The position numbers were made by a program, and so were the translations under genes. Of a stretch of DNA of 64,000 nt, positions 9,992 through 20,402 are shown one piece after another. Numbering within the stretch: the stretch's first letter is position 1; each line of letters opens with the position of its first letter. The notes below the pieces were generated by a model. It worked only from the letters and a program-made list of their open reading frames with translations. It was not told the DNA's origin and made no database searches. Source of the DNA: Candidatus Nanopelagicales bacterium (GTDB taxonomy: Bacteria > Actinomycetota > Actinomycetes > S36-B12 > UBA10799); contig JBAOIN010000003.1 in assembly GCA_037045455.1 (NCBI GenBank), positions 14,410 to 78,409 of the forward strand. The letters are read 5' to 3'.

Positions 9992-11581
9992 TTGACTGAC
10001 ACCACACTCGAAGAGCAGCCCGCGACCAAGCGCAAGGGACTGTCCAGCATGCTGCTGGCCGACCTGCGCAAGCTGGCTGCCGACCAGGGCATTTCCGGTG
10101 CTTCGGCCATGCGCAAGAGCGAACTCATCGCCGCGCTGCAGGGCAACGGCAGCCCCACCCAGGCGAAGGCCGATAAACAGCAGCCACAGCAAAAGCAGCA
10201 GCCGGCGCCCGCCGACGCCTCCGCCGACTCGCAGTCTGGGGGGCAGTCCGGCGAAGAGGAAACCCGCCGCGACCAGAACCAGCAGAACCAGAACCAGAAC
10301 CAGCAGAATCAGCAGAACCGCGACGGCAATCGCAACCGCCGCCGCCGCGGGCGTGACCGCAACCGCGAGCGGCCACGGCGTGACGAGGGTGAGTCCACTG
10401 ACGTGACCGAGGACGAGGTGCTCGTGCCCGTGGCCGGCATTCTCGACGTTCTCGACAACTACGCCTTCCTTCGCACCACCGGCTACCTGCCCGGCCCGAC
10501 CGACGCCTACCTCGGACTCGGTCTGGTGAAGAAGTACGCCCTGCGCAAGGGTGACCACATCGTGGGTGCCATCCGCCCGCAACGCGAGAACGAGAACTCC
10601 CGGCAGAAGTACAACCCGCTGGTGCGCATCGACAAGGTCAACGGGCTGGACCCCGAGAAGGCCCGCGAGCGCAAGGAGTTCGGCAAACTCACCCCGCTCT
10701 ACCCGCAGCAGCGGCTGCGGCTGGAAGGTGAGCCCAACAACCTCACCACTCGGATCATCGACCTGGTCGCGCCGATCGGCAAGGGCCAGCGCGGTCTGAT
10801 CGTCTCCCCGCCGAAGGCCGGCAAGACGATGGTGCTGCAGCGGATCGCCAACGCGATCACCACGAACAACCCCGAGGTCCACCTCATGGTCGTGCTCGTC
10901 GACGAGCGCCCCGAAGAGGTCACGGACATGAAGCGGTCGGTGAAGGGTGAGGTCATCGCCTCGACGTTCGACCGTCCCGCCGACGACCACACCACGGTGG
11001 CTGAACTGGCCATCGAGCGCGCCAAGCGGCTGGTCGAGATGGGGCAGGACGTCGTGGTTCTGCTCGACTCGATGACCCGCCTGGGCCGTGCCTACAACCT
11101 GTCCGCCCCCGCATCGGGCCGGATCCTGTCCGGTGGTGTGGACTCCGCGGCGTTGTACCCGCCGAAGAAGTTCTTCGGGGCTGCCCGCAACATCGAGGAG
11201 GGCGGCTCGCTGACCATCCTTGCCACGGCGCTGGTGGAGACCGGCTCCCGCATGGACGAGGTCATCTTCGAGGAGTTCAAGGGCACCGGAAACATGGAGC
11301 TCAAGCTCGACCGGCGGCTGGCCGACAAGCGAGTCTTCCCGGCTGTCGACGTCGACGCCTCCGGCACTCGCAAGGAAGAGCTGCTCATGACCAAGGAGGA
11401 GCTCGCGATCGTCTGGAAATTGCGCCGCGTTCTGCACGCACTGGACACCCAGCAGGGGATCGAGTTGCTCATCTCCAAGTTGCGCGAGACCAGCAGCAAC
11501 TACGAGTTCCTGCGGCAGGTGCAGTCCACGACTCCGGCCGGCCTCGAGGCAGAGGCCCCCGGGCCGGGCGACGTGCTGTAA
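9992..11581 (+). CDS. rho: Transcription termination factor Rho with a Q/N- and R-rich N-terminal insertion
   Basis: Has the Rho_N block LADLRKLAADQGISGASAMRKSELIAAL, an RNA-binding CSD-like region, Walker A GKGQRGLIVSPPKAGKT and Walker B VVLLDSMTRL. TTG 9992 with an RBS was chosen inside ORF 8885-11581. Confidence 0.93.
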   Translation: MTDTTLEEQPATKRKGLSSMLLADLRKLAADQGISGASAMRKSELIAALQGNGSPTQAKADKQQPQQKQQPAPADASADSQSGGQSGEEETRRDQNQQNQNQNQQNQQNRDGNRNRRRRGRDRNRERPRRDEGESTDVTEDEVLVPVAGILDVLDNYAFLRTTGYLPGPTDAYLGLGLVKKYALRKGDHIVGAIRPQRENENSRQKYNPLVRIDKVNGLDPEKARERKEFGKLTPLYPQQRLRLEGEPNNLTTRIIDLVAPIGKGQRGLIVSPPKAGKTMVLQRIANAITTNNPEVHLMVVLVDERPEEVTDMKRSVKGEVIASTFDRPADDHTTVAELAIERAKRLVEMGQDVVVLLDSMTRLGRAYNLSAPASGRILSGGVDSAALYPPKKFFGAARNIEEGGSLTILATALVETGSRMDEVIFEEFKGTGNMELKLDRRLADKRVFPAVDVDASGTRKEELLMTKEELAIVWKLRRVLHALDTQQGIELLISKLRETSSNYEFLRQVQSTTPAGLEAEAPGPGDVL

Positions 11582-11592
11582 CACCCTTCGGC

Positions 11593-11626
11593 AAGGGGCG
11601 GTTGGGCTGCGGCTCACCGCCCCTTT
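11593..11626 (+). terminator. Hairpin terminator after rho
   Basis: aaggggcgg-16nt-ccgcccctt, a 9-bp perfect stem starting 12 nt after the rho stop and followed by tgtcgcg. Confidence 0.5.
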
Positions 11627-11677
11627 GTCGCGCTCAGGGTCGGGGAAAGCGTCGAGCTCCCAACGTGTCCTTTACAA

Positions 11678-11703
11678 CACTGTGTGACACACACTATCGT
11701 GTG
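11678..11703. promoter_or_regulatory. Overlapping GT/CA palindromes just upstream of padR (candidate operator)
   Basis: tgtgtgAcacaca (11681-11693) and cacac-tatc-gtgtg (to 11703) sit directly upstream of the GTG 11708 start. PadR regulators usually autoregulate through palindromic operators. Confidence 0.3.
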
Positions 11704-11707
11704 AGAT

Positions 11708-12043
11708 GTGAGCGAGTTCGAGGATCTGCACCGGCAGGAGTTGCGGAGGGGTACTGCTGTGCTCGCATGCCTGCTGCTACTGCGCACGCCGGAGTACGGC
11801 TACCAGTTGCTGGAGTCGCTGACAGCAGCCGGGCTCGACGTGGACGGCAACACCCTCTACCCGCTGCTAAGGCGGCTCGAGAAGCAAGGCCTGCTGGCCA
11901 GCGCCTGGAACACCGACGAACCCCGGCCCCGCAAGTACTACGAGACGACCGCATTGGGCGACCAAATGGCTGCCTCGCTGGTTGCCGAGTGGCAACAGCT
12001 GAACGCGTCCTTGAGTGATCTCCGGAAGGGACAATCATCATGA
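11708..12043 (+). CDS. PadR family transcriptional regulator
   Basis: 111 aa with the wHTH signature ...YGYQLLESL...GNTLYPLLRRLEKQGLL...W...PRKYYETTALG. Confidence 0.88.
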   Translation: MSEFEDLHRQELRRGTAVLACLLLLRTPEYGYQLLESLTAAGLDVDGNTLYPLLRRLEKQGLLASAWNTDEPRPRKYYETTALGDQMAASLVAEWQQLNASLSDLRKGQSS

Positions 12044-12954
12044 CCGATCTTGTCGATCGTTACGTCACCGCGGCCGTGGCCGGCGTGCCGCAACCGCAGC
12101 GGGACGACGTCACCCGCGAGCTGCAGGCATCTGTCGCCGACGCCATAGATGACCTCGTGGCGGCAGGGCTGACCCGGGAGGAGGCCGAACGCCAGGCCAT
12201 GACTGAACTCGGAGATCCCGCAGTACTTGCCGAGCGGTTCGGCGGCCGTCCTCGCCACCTCATCGGCCCGGCCTATTTCGGTCAGTACGTGCAACTCCTG
12301 CGGGTGCTGCTGATGGTCGTGGTACCGATCGTCGGGGTGGCGTCGCTGCTCGCGCAGGGCCTAGCCGGGTCCTCTCCGTTGCCGGCAGTGCTGAGCGCAT
12401 TGGGCACTATGGCCGCTGTCGCGGTGCAGATCGCTTTCTGGGTCACGGTCGTTTTCGTCATCCTGGAGCGTACGGACACCGCCCTGCCCACCGGGCAGTG
12501 GACCCCAGACGACCTGCCGGAAGTCGTCGAGCGCAAGATCGGGATCGGCGAGATTGTTGGCGGCATCAGCTGGGCCGTCCTGCTGATCTGGTCGATGGTG
12601 TGGCAGCGCGACCACTGGCTGATCAGCGTAGACAACCAACAGGTTCCCATCCTCAACGAGGATGCCTGGGTTCCCTGGCTGCTCCTGCTGATCGGCGCAC
12701 TGGTCGCGGCCATCGTGCTGGAGGTCTGCAAGCTCCGAGTCGGGCACTGGACGGTGATGCTGGCGACCGCGAACACGGTCATCAACGCCACTATCGCCGC
12801 CGTTGTGGTGTTCCTGTGGAGTGCGGGAGACCTGCTCACCGCCGGTGTCGCCGATCTTGTACCCGGCGGGCTGCTCAATCCGCTGCCGTGGATTGTCGTG
12901 CTCATCGCGGTGGTGGACAGCGCGAATGGCTGGTGGCACGTTGTACGCCGGTGA
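12040..12954 (+). CDS. Membrane protein coupled to PadR (cytoplasmic N-terminal helical domain plus about 6 TM segments)
   Basis: Its start overlaps the padR stop (ATGA). The N-terminus (MTDLVDRYVTAAVAGVP...REEAERQAMTELGDP) resembles the DUF1700 / permease-prefix type domain often encoded next to PadR. Several hydrophobic segments follow. Confidence 0.6.
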   Translation: MTDLVDRYVTAAVAGVPQPQRDDVTRELQASVADAIDDLVAAGLTREEAERQAMTELGDPAVLAERFGGRPRHLIGPAYFGQYVQLLRVLLMVVVPIVGVASLLAQGLAGSSPLPAVLSALGTMAAVAVQIAFWVTVVFVILERTDTALPTGQWTPDDLPEVVERKIGIGEIVGGISWAVLLIWSMVWQRDHWLISVDNQQVPILNEDAWVPWLLLLIGALVAAIVLEVCKLRVGHWTVMLATANTVINATIAAVVVFLWSAGDLLTAGVADLVPGGLLNPLPWIVVLIAVVDSANGWWHVVRR

Positions 12955-13079
12955 TTGAGGACTGAACCCTTCCCCAACGACCACCGGCGGGAATGCCCGC
13001 ACCACCCGCACCGTTACACTGGACGAGCCTTCCGGTTCACGCCCATCCGGCGACCCGGAGGAGCCATTAAGGAGATTCC

Positions 13080-13295
13080 ATGAAGCCCGACATCCACCCC
13101 GAGTACGTCGAGACCACGGTCACCTGCTCGTGCGGTAACACCTTCACCACCCGCAGCACCGCCAAGAACGGCGTGATCCACGCCGACGTGTGCAACAAGT
13201 GCCACCCGTTCTACACAGGCAAGCAGAAGATCCTGGACACCGGCGGCCGCGTGGCGAAGTTCGAGAAGCGCTTCGGCAAGCAAGCCAGCAAGTAA
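13080..13295 (+). CDS. rpmE: 50S ribosomal protein L31
   Basis: MKPDIHPEY...CSCGN...[13 protein letters not shown]. The RBS aaggag lies upstream. Confidence 0.96.
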   Translation: MKPDIHPEYVETTVTCSCGNTFTTRSTAKNGVIHADVCNKCHPFYTGKQKILDTGGRVAKFEKRFGKQASK

Positions 13296-14363
13296 GTGTT
13301 CGACCGGGTCACCGCCCTCGTCGAGGAGCTGCACGACCTCGAGTCGCAACTGGCCGATCCCGCTCTGCATTCCGATCCGGCGCGTGCGCGCGTGGTCGGC
13401 AAGCGGCATGCCCAGTTGCGCCCGGTCGTGGCGACCTACGAGCGCTGGGTGACCCTGGGCGAGGACGAGCAGGCCGCGCGGGAACTCGCGGAGGCTGACC
13501 CGGCGTTCGCCGCCGAGGCCGAGGAGCTGGCCGCCGAACGCGAGCAGGTCGCCGAGAAGCTGAGCAGCTTGCTCGTGCCCCGCGATCCGCTCGATGACTC
13601 CGACGCGATCTTGGAGATCAAGGCGGGGGAGGGCGGCGACGAGTCCGCGTTGTTCGCGGGTGACCTGTTGCGCATGTACGAGCGCTATGCCGCCGTGCGT
13701 GGCTGGCGCTTCGAGGTCATCGATCTTGAGGAGACCAACCTCGGTGGGGTCAAGGACGCCACGGTGTCGGTCAAGGCGAAAGGCCAGACCGAAACCGACG
13801 AACTGCCCTTCGCGCGGCTGAAGTTCGAGGCCGGCGTGCACCGCGTTCAGCGAGTTCCGGTGACTGAGTCGCAGGGCCGCATCCACACATCGGCGGCCGG
13901 CGTGCTCATCTATCCCGAGACTGAGGACGTCGAGATCACCATCGACCCCAACGATCTGCGGATCGACGTGTACCGCTCGTCGGGCCCTGGCGGCCAGAGC
14001 GTGAACACCACCGACTCGGCCGTGCGGATCACCCACCTGCCGACCGGCGTGGTGGTCTCGTGCCAGAACGAGAAGTCCCAATTGCAGAACAAGGAACAGG
14101 CAATGCGGATCCTGCGCGCCCGACTCGTGGCTTTGGCCGAGGAGGAGAAGGCCGCCGAGGCCGCCGCCACCCGCAAGGAACAGGTCCGCACGGTCGACCG
14201 CTCGGAGCGTATCCGCACCTACAACTTCCCGGAGAATCGGATCTCCGACCACCGCACCGGATTCAAGGCCTACAACCTCGACCAGGTGCTGTCCGGGGAA
14301 CTGGACCCCGTGATCCAGTCCTGCTTGGACGCCGATCTGCAGGCCCGGCTGGAATCGGCGTGA
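13296..14363 (+). CDS. prfA: Peptide chain release factor 1
   Basis: Has the GGQ motif ([12 protein letters not shown]), the RF1-type P-x-T tripeptide ([10 protein letters not shown]) and the ...[12 protein letters not shown]... block. Confidence 0.96.
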   Translation: MFDRVTALVEELHDLESQLADPALHSDPARARVVGKRHAQLRPVVATYERWVTLGEDEQAARELAEADPAFAAEAEELAAEREQVAEKLSSLLVPRDPLDDSDAILEIKAGEGGDESALFAGDLLRMYERYAAVRGWRFEVIDLEETNLGGVKDATVSVKAKGQTETDELPFARLKFEAGVHRVQRVPVTESQGRIHTSAAGVLIYPETEDVEITIDPNDLRIDVYRSSGPGGQSVNTTDSAVRITHLPTGVVVSCQNEKSQLQNKEQAMRILRARLVALAEEEKAAEAAATRKEQVRTVDRSERIRTYNFPENRISDHRTGFKAYNLDQVLSGELDPVIQSCLDADLQARLESA

Positions 14364-15178
14364 CGTTGCGCCGGGAGGTTGCCGCGCGCTTGCAGGCCGC
14401 CGGTGTGCCGTCGCCGGATGCCGATGCCGCCGCGCTGATCGCCTTTGTCGCGGGAAGCCGCGCGTTCGACCCCCGTTTGGACGCCGAGCAGCAACAACAG
14501 CTCGAAGCGCTGGTGGTTCGGCGCTGCGCGCGGGAGCCGCTGCAGCACCTGACGGGAGTCGCCGGGTTCCGGTATCTCGACATCGAGGTCGGGCCCGGAG
14601 TGTTCGTGCCCAGACCGGAGACCGAAGTCCTCGTCGACGTCGCCCTGCAAGAACCGTTCGAGAGTGCGATCGACCTGTGTACCGGTTCGGGGGCTATTGC
14701 GCTCGCGCTGGCCACGGAGGCCGGCGCGAAAGTCACTGGCGTCGAGATGCAGGAGCAGGCCTTCGCGTGGGCGCAGCGCAACGCCAAGGGCCGGATCGCC
14801 CTGCTGCGGGCTGATGTGTGCCAACCGCTGGATCTGTCGCCGGTCGATCTCGTGGTCAGCAATCCGCCGTACATCCCGCAGGCGATGGTCCCGCGCGACC
14901 CCGAGGTGGCCAAACACGATCCCAAACTCGCTCTGTACGGCGGCGAGGACGGCATGCAGGTGATCCGCTGTGTCGTGGCGCGGGCCCGTGAGCTGCTCAA
15001 GGCGGGTGGCCGCTTGCTGATCGAGCACGGGGAACACCAGGCGCCTGACGTGCGTGCGCTGCTCGGCGGTTTCGAGCAGGTGCAGACCTGGCAGGATCTC
15101 ACCGGACGCGATCGCGTCACCGGTGGCCGCTATGTATTCCCAGGTCGGGCGGCGGAATCGCTCCGATACTCCAACTAG
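14360..15178 (+). CDS. prmC: Release-factor glutamine N5-methyltransferase PrmC (HemK)
   Basis: Has NPPY and the SAM-binding [10 protein letters not shown]. The GTG 14360 start overlaps the prfA stop. Confidence 0.9.
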   Translation: MTLRREVAARLQAAGVPSPDADAAALIAFVAGSRAFDPRLDAEQQQQLEALVVRRCAREPLQHLTGVAGFRYLDIEVGPGVFVPRPETEVLVDVALQEPFESAIDLCTGSGAIALALATEAGAKVTGVEMQEQAFAWAQRNAKGRIALLRADVCQPLDLSPVDLVVSNPPYIPQAMVPRDPEVAKHDPKLALYGGEDGMQVIRCVVARARELLKAGGRLLIEHGEHQAPDVRALLGGFEQVQTWQDLTGRDRVTGGRYVFPGRAAESLRYSN

Positions 15179-15232
15179 GGCTGTTACGCCAACAGCAGGC
15201 GTTTCAGACACAGTTTGCGGTAGAAGGGCCCT

Positions 15233-16864
15233 GTGAGCACCGCACAAGCCAGCGAGCCAGAGCTGGCGGAGGGTAAGAGCCCCCTCGGACGGATGCCGAG
15301 CGGGGGTTTTGGCGCCTGGGGCGTCAAACTCGTCCTGCTGGGTCTGCTGGATGCCCTGGGAATCCTGGCCGTCGTCAAGTGCTATGCCTCGGGCTGGTGG
15401 CTGGCGGTCGGGTTCCTGGTGATCGTCCTGGTGGCCGCCAACATCGTGTACTTCCGCAAGGGCGGGCTGCCGTGGAAGTACCTGCTGCCCGGTGTGGTGT
15501 TCCTGATCGCGTTCCAGCTCTACCCGGCCGGCTACACGTTCTATGCGTCGTTCACCAACCTCGGCACCGGACATCTGATCTCTCAGGAGGACGCCCGGGC
15601 CTCGATCGTCGTGCAGAACGAGAAGCCTGTGGACGGTTCGCCGAGTTTCGTGGTGCGGCCCATCGAGTCCGGCGGGAAGATCAGCATGCTGATCACTGAC
15701 CCGGACACAGGTCAGGCGTTGATCGGCACGATCGAAGGGGCCACCCCTGCCCCGGATGCCGTGATCGAGGGCGGCACCGCGGTCTCAGCGCCTGGGTACA
15801 ACACGCTCAACCTCGGCGCACTGGCCGGCGACCCGGCCCTGGACCAGCAGTGGCAGGATCTGGCAGTGCCCTGGCAGGACACCGGCTACAACCTGCGGCC
15901 CTCCAGCCCGACCCGGGCCGGCCTGCGGCAGTCGCAGGTGACCTACGACCCGCAGAATGACACGTTCACCGACATCGAGTCCGGGGCCGTGTACACGGCA
16001 AACCAGGAAGTGGGTCTGTACACGACCGACACGTTCGATCAGGATGCCGGACAGTCCCGGGCCAACGAGGGCCAGTTCCTCACCCCGGGCTGGCCGGTCA
16101 ACGTGGGGCTGGACAACTACTCGACGGTGCTGACCGACCCCGGCGTCCGAGCCAACTTCCTGCCGATCCTGATTTGGTCCTTCGTGTTCGCGATCGGCAC
16201 GGTCATCATGCAGTTCGCCTTCGGGCTGCTGCTGGCCATGGTCATGTCGAACGAGAAGATGCGCGGCCAGAAGTTCTACCGGTTGGCGCTGATCCTGCCC
16301 TACGTGTTGCCCATCTTCATGAGCGCACTGGTCTGGCGGGGGATGCTCAACACCGACTTCGGGATCGTCAACCAGATTTTGGGTGTTCGCATCGACTGGC
16401 TGGGCAATGGCACGCTGGCCAAGTTCTGTGTGTTGGTCGTCAATCTGTGGATCGGGTACGCCTACATGTTGCTCGTGGTCACGGGCGCGCTGACCGCGAT
16501 CCCGAACGACCTCAAGGAAGCCGCGTTCGTGGACGGGGCCAGCGGGTTCCGGGCATTCCGCACGGTGATCCTGCCGCTGTTGATGGTGGCCGTGTCCCCG
16601 TTGCTGATCGCGTCGTTCTCGTTCAACTTCAACAACTTCACGCTGATCCAGCTGCTCACCGGAGGTGGTCCGTTCGAGGGCTCGCCCATCCAGGGCGGTC
16701 AGACCGACCTGCTCATCAACTACACCTACCGGCTCGCGTTCGGCACCAACGAGCAACTCCTGGGCTTCGCCTCGGCCATCTCGATGATCATCTTCGTGAT
16801 CGTCGCGGCGGTCTCCGCGTACAGCTTCCGGCTCACCCGACGGCTTGAGGAGATCAAGGGATGA
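15233..16864 (+). CDS. Sugar ABC transporter permease, MalF-like (long form)
   Basis: 543 aa with multiple TM segments, a large periplasmic loop and an EAA-type loop (...LKEAAFVDGASGFRAFRTVILP...). Confidence 0.85.
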   Translation: MSTAQASEPELAEGKSPLGRMPSGGFGAWGVKLVLLGLLDALGILAVVKCYASGWWLAVGFLVIVLVAANIVYFRKGGLPWKYLLPGVVFLIAFQLYPAGYTFYASFTNLGTGHLISQEDARASIVVQNEKPVDGSPSFVVRPIESGGKISMLITDPDTGQALIGTIEGATPAPDAVIEGGTAVSAPGYNTLNLGALAGDPALDQQWQDLAVPWQDTGYNLRPSSPTRAGLRQSQVTYDPQNDTFTDIESGAVYTANQEVGLYTTDTFDQDAGQSRANEGQFLTPGWPVNVGLDNYSTVLTDPGVRANFLPILIWSFVFAIGTVIMQFAFGLLLAMVMSNEKMRGQKFYRLALILPYVLPIFMSALVWRGMLNTDFGIVNQILGVRIDWLGNGTLAKFCVLVVNLWIGYAYMLLVVTGALTAIPNDLKEAAFVDGASGFRAFRTVILPLLMVAVSPLLIASFSFNFNNFTLIQLLTGGGPFEGSPIQGGQTDLLINYTYRLAFGTNEQLLGFASAISMIIFVIVAAVSAYSFRLTRRLEEIKG

Positions 16865-17799
16865 CTGCCGACACTGCTGACACTGAACTGCGCGCGGCTC
16901 CCCGGATGAGTTTCGGGAGGTGGGCCAAGACGCTCGGCTGGCGCCACGCGATCGTCATCCTGGCCGTCCTGTTCGCCCTGCTGCCCGTGACCTACATCAT
17001 CGGCGTGGCCCTGAACCCGGTGGGTTCGCTGTCCTCGTCGTGCTCGCCCAACAAGAGTGGTCTCGAAGCGCTGGGGTGCATGATCATCCCCTCCACCGTG
17101 AGTTTCGACAACTTCACCGCGATCTTCAGTGACCCGCGGCTGCCGTACGGCGTGTGGTTCAAGAACTCGGTGACCATTGCGGTGATCGGCGCGACACTGT
17201 CCACGGCCATGTCCGCGGCTGCCGCGTTCGCGTTCAGCCGGATGCGCTTCACCGGCCGCCGGCCCGGCCTGCTCGCGCTGGTGCTGCTGCAGATGTTCCC
17301 GCAGATCCTGGCGATCACCGCGATCTTCATCCTGATGACCAAGATCGGCGAGGTCTTCCCGGCATTGGGTATCGGGACGACAACGGGGCTGATCCTGATC
17401 TACCTGGGTGGCTCACTGGGTGTGAACACCTACCTGGTGAAGGGCTTCTTCGACACCATCCCGGTGGAGATCGACGAGTCGGCAAAGATCGACGGAGCCA
17501 GCCATGTCCGGATCTTCTTCACGCTGATCCTGCGACTGGGCGCGCCGATCCTGGTGGTCGCCTTCTTCGTGACGTTCACGTTCATTTTCAACGAACTCGC
17601 AATCGCGGGAACCCTGCTGCCGAACACCTCCAACACGACGCTGGCGGTCGGGATGCAGACCTACGTATCAGGCAACCTGCAGGAGTGGGGGCTGTTCGCA
17701 GCCGGGGCGCTGCTCGCGGCGCTACCCATGATCGCGGTGTTCGCGGTGGCTCAGAAGCACCTGGTCACCGGTATGACGGCCGGCGCGGTCAAGGGCTAG
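16861..17799 (+). CDS. Sugar ABC transporter permease, MalG-like
   Basis: Has the EAA loop [22 protein letters not shown]. The ATGA overlap with the upstream permease indicates coupling. Confidence 0.85.
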   Translation: MTADTADTELRAAPRMSFGRWAKTLGWRHAIVILAVLFALLPVTYIIGVALNPVGSLSSSCSPNKSGLEALGCMIIPSTVSFDNFTAIFSDPRLPYGVWFKNSVTIAVIGATLSTAMSAAAAFAFSRMRFTGRRPGLLALVLLQMFPQILAITAIFILMTKIGEVFPALGIGTTTGLILIYLGGSLGVNTYLVKGFFDTIPVEIDESAKIDGASHVRIFFTLILRLGAPILVVAFFVTFTFIFNELAIAGTLLPNTSNTTLAVGMQTYVSGNLQEWGLFAAGALLAALPMIAVFAVAQKHLVTGMTAGAVKG

Positions 17800-17816
17800 G
17801 ACGAAAGGGCAGGGGC

Positions 17817-19001
17817 ATGGCAAAGGTCTCCTTCGAGAACGTGGAGAAGAAGTACCCCAACGGCTTCCACGCGGTGCAGGACCTGAACCTCGAGATCGCC
17901 GACGGCGAGTTCCTCGTCCTCGTGGGGCCGTCTGGGTGCGGCAAGTCGACGGCACTGCGGATGATCGCCGGACTGGAGGACATCTCCAGCGGCAAGCTGC
18001 TCATCGGTGACCGGGTCGTCAACGACCTGCCGCCGCAGGACCGGGACATCGCGATGGTGTTCCAGTCCTACGCGCTCTACCCCCACCTGTCGGTGGCCGA
18101 CAACATCGCCTACGGCCTGAAGATCCGCAAGATGGCCAAGGATGAGATCGCGGCCCGCATCAAGCGCGCATCCGACATGCTCGAGCTCGGACCCTACCTG
18201 GATCGCAAGCCGGCCCAGTTGTCCGGCGGGCAGCGCCAGCGCGTGGCGATGGGCCGGGCGATCGTGCGGGACCCGGCTGTGTTCCTGATGGACGAGCCGC
18301 TGTCCAACCTCGACGCCAAGTTGCGTGTGCAGATGCGTTCGGAGATCTCCGCGGTCGTGCACGGGTTGGGAACGACGACCGTCTACGTGACGCACGACCA
18401 GGTCGAAGCCATGACGATGGGTGACCGGATGGCCGTGATGAAGGCGGGCATCCTGAACCAGGTCGGGGCGCCACAAGAGGTTTACGACCACCCCGACAAC
18501 ATCTTCGTCGCGCAGTTCGTCGGTTCTCCACCCATGAACCTCGTGATGGGCACGGTGAGCGCTGACGGCAAATCGGTGCGGGTGGGCGAGAACGACGTGG
18601 CCATTCCGGAGGCGGTGCTGGCCCAACGCCCGGCATTGCGCACCTACGGCGGCAAGAAGGTCGTGCTCGGCGTCCGCAGCGAGGACATGGAGGATGCCAC
18701 GCTGCAACCCAATGCCCCCGCCGACCGCCGGATCCGCGGCGAGGTAGCGCTGGTGGAGGCCCTGGGATCGGAGATCGTGGTGCACTTCGGCTTCCCGGCC
18801 GAGCAGGTCGTCACCGACGACACGAAGCTCATGGCCGAGGAATCCGGTGAGAGTCTGCTGGACGCCGGTGACGAGGTGCGCTGGGTCGCCTCGTTCGCGC
18901 CGCGTTCGCGGGTACGTCGCGGTGACACCATCGAGATCGTGATCGACACCGAGCGGGTCCACTGGTTCGATCCGCAGACCAGCGCGGCGATCCGGGACTG
19001 A
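17817..19001 (+). CDS. Sugar ABC transporter ATP-binding protein (MsiK/MalK/UgpC type)
   Basis: Has Walker [10 protein letters not shown], signature LSGGQRQRV, Walker [12 protein letters not shown] and a C-terminal MalK-type regulatory domain. ATG 17817 lies inside ORF 17154-19001. Confidence 0.92.
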   Translation: MAKVSFENVEKKYPNGFHAVQDLNLEIADGEFLVLVGPSGCGKSTALRMIAGLEDISSGKLLIGDRVVNDLPPQDRDIAMVFQSYALYPHLSVADNIAYGLKIRKMAKDEIAARIKRASDMLELGPYLDRKPAQLSGGQRQRVAMGRAIVRDPAVFLMDEPLSNLDAKLRVQMRSEISAVVHGLGTTTVYVTHDQVEAMTMGDRMAVMKAGILNQVGAPQEVYDHPDNIFVAQFVGSPPMNLVMGTVSADGKSVRVGENDVAIPEAVLAQRPALRTYGGKKVVLGVRSEDMEDATLQPNAPADRRIRGEVALVEALGSEIVVHFGFPAEQVVTDDTKLMAEESGESLLDAGDEVRWVASFAPRSRVRRGDTIEIVIDTERVHWFDPQTSAAIRD

Positions 19002-19073
19002 CGGACGTGACTGACAGTAGGTTGAGAACGGCTGTTCTGCTTTGGGACAGGCGGAAACGGAAAAGGGGTAGAC

Positions 19074-20334
19074 ATGCGTAGAGGCAGTATTGGCAAAGGG
19101 TTGGCGCTGGCCGCCGCTCTGGCGTTGCCGTTCGGCTTGACGGCCTGCAGCAGCGACAGCGGATCCAGCGGCGGCAGTGGCGCTGCAGGCGTCGTCCGGC
19201 ACGTCGCTGGTGATCTGGGCCGATGAGAAACGCGCCGAGCCGATCGGTCAGCTCGCGCAGACCTGGGGCGAGGAGAACGGCGTCGACGTCAAGGTCGAGC
19301 AGGTCAACTTCGACGGCATGAAGGATCAGTTCGTCCGGCAGGCCCCGCAGGGCCAGGGTCCCGACATCCTGCTGGGTGCCAACGACTGGGCGGGCGAATT
19401 CGTCGCAAGTGGTCTGGTCACCCCGATCGACCTGGGCTCCAGCAAGGACAGCTTCGTCGCGGCTTCGGTGAACGCCTTCACCATCGACGGGCAGACCTAT
19501 GGTGTGCCGATCGCGACCGAGAACATCCTGCTCTTCCGCAACACCAAGCTCGCTCCGGACGCGCCGGCGTCCCTCAACGAGATGGGTGACACGGGCTTGC
19601 AACTGAAGAAGGACGGCAAGACCCAGTACCCGGTCGGCCTGCAGGTCGGTGACGTCGGTGACGCCTACCACGCGTTCCCGTTCTTCTCCGCCGCCGGCGG
19701 CTATTTCTTCGGCGGTCCGGACGCTGAGGGCAACTACGACACCAGCGACCTGGGACTGACCAGCGAGGGTGGCATCGCCTGGGCGAACTACTTCTCCGAG
19801 TGGGGCAAGAAGGGCATCGTGAAATCCACGTTCGTGGGTGACGACCTGACGAATGCCTGGTCACAGGGCAAGCTGCCGTACTGGATCACCGGTCCGTGGA
19901 ACGCGGAGATCGTGGAGAAGGCCAGCGACAAGGTGCCGTTCAGCGCCGAAGGCCTGCCCACGTGGGACGGCTCGGACTCCCCGTCCATCCCGATCGTCGG
20001 CGCCCAGGGCTTCTACCTGAACCAGAGTTCGAAGAACACAACGACGGCTCAGGCCTTCCTGGATGCAACCATGAACACCGACTTCATGAACAGCATCTTC
20101 CAGGCAGACCCGCGGCCGCCGGCGTGGAAGGACTCGCTGGCCGCAGCGCAGGACGACCCGATCATCAAGGCCGTCGCTGACTTCGGCGCCGACGGGTTCC
20201 CGAACCTGCCGTACGCCGCGATGGGCCCGATGTACGAAGAGGTCGGCCTGGCCGAGAAGCGCATCCTCGACGGGTCCAACCCGCAGAAGACCATGGAGGC
20301 CGCGCAGGCCAACGTGGAGAAGCGCATTCAGTAG
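19074..20334 (+). CDS. Sugar ABC substrate-binding lipoprotein (MalE-like), frame interrupted between signal peptide and mature domain
   Basis: ATG 19074 encodes MRRGSIGKGLALAAALALPFGLTAC (lipobox) in one frame and terminates at 19226. The mature domain (…SSGTSLVIWADEKRAEP…) is in the +1 frame (ORF 19177-20334). The switch lies somewhere in 19146-19200. Confidence 0.8.
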
Positions 20335-20347
20335 TTGCAGCAACACG

Positions 20348-20380
20348 AAGTGCCCATCACCCGCGCGGTGGTGGGCACTT
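20348..20380. terminator. Bidirectional hairpin between the convergent SBP gene and the YrdC-family gene
   Basis: aagtgcccatcacc-cgcgc-ggtggtgggcactt, a 14-bp stem with one mismatch, followed by a T-rich tgctgt. Confidence 0.55.
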
Positions 20381-20402
20381 TGCTGTATCCCGTTAGCCGC
20401 GT

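Noticed and set aside
10271-10320. Hexanucleotide (CAGAAC)n-like array considered as a non-coding tandem repeat or CRISPR-like feature
   Set aside because: It lies inside the rho reading frame and encodes the QNQNQ tract. There are no spacers and no cas genes. It is reported instead as a coding low-complexity feature.
9908-11617. 569-aa minus-strand ORF opposite rho
   Set aside because: It is antisense to an unambiguous rho gene, has no recognisable domains and is a high-GC artefact.
13014-14252. 412-aa minus-strand ORF opposite rpmE and prfA
   Set aside because: It is antisense to two universally conserved genes and its composition is typical of a shadow ORF.
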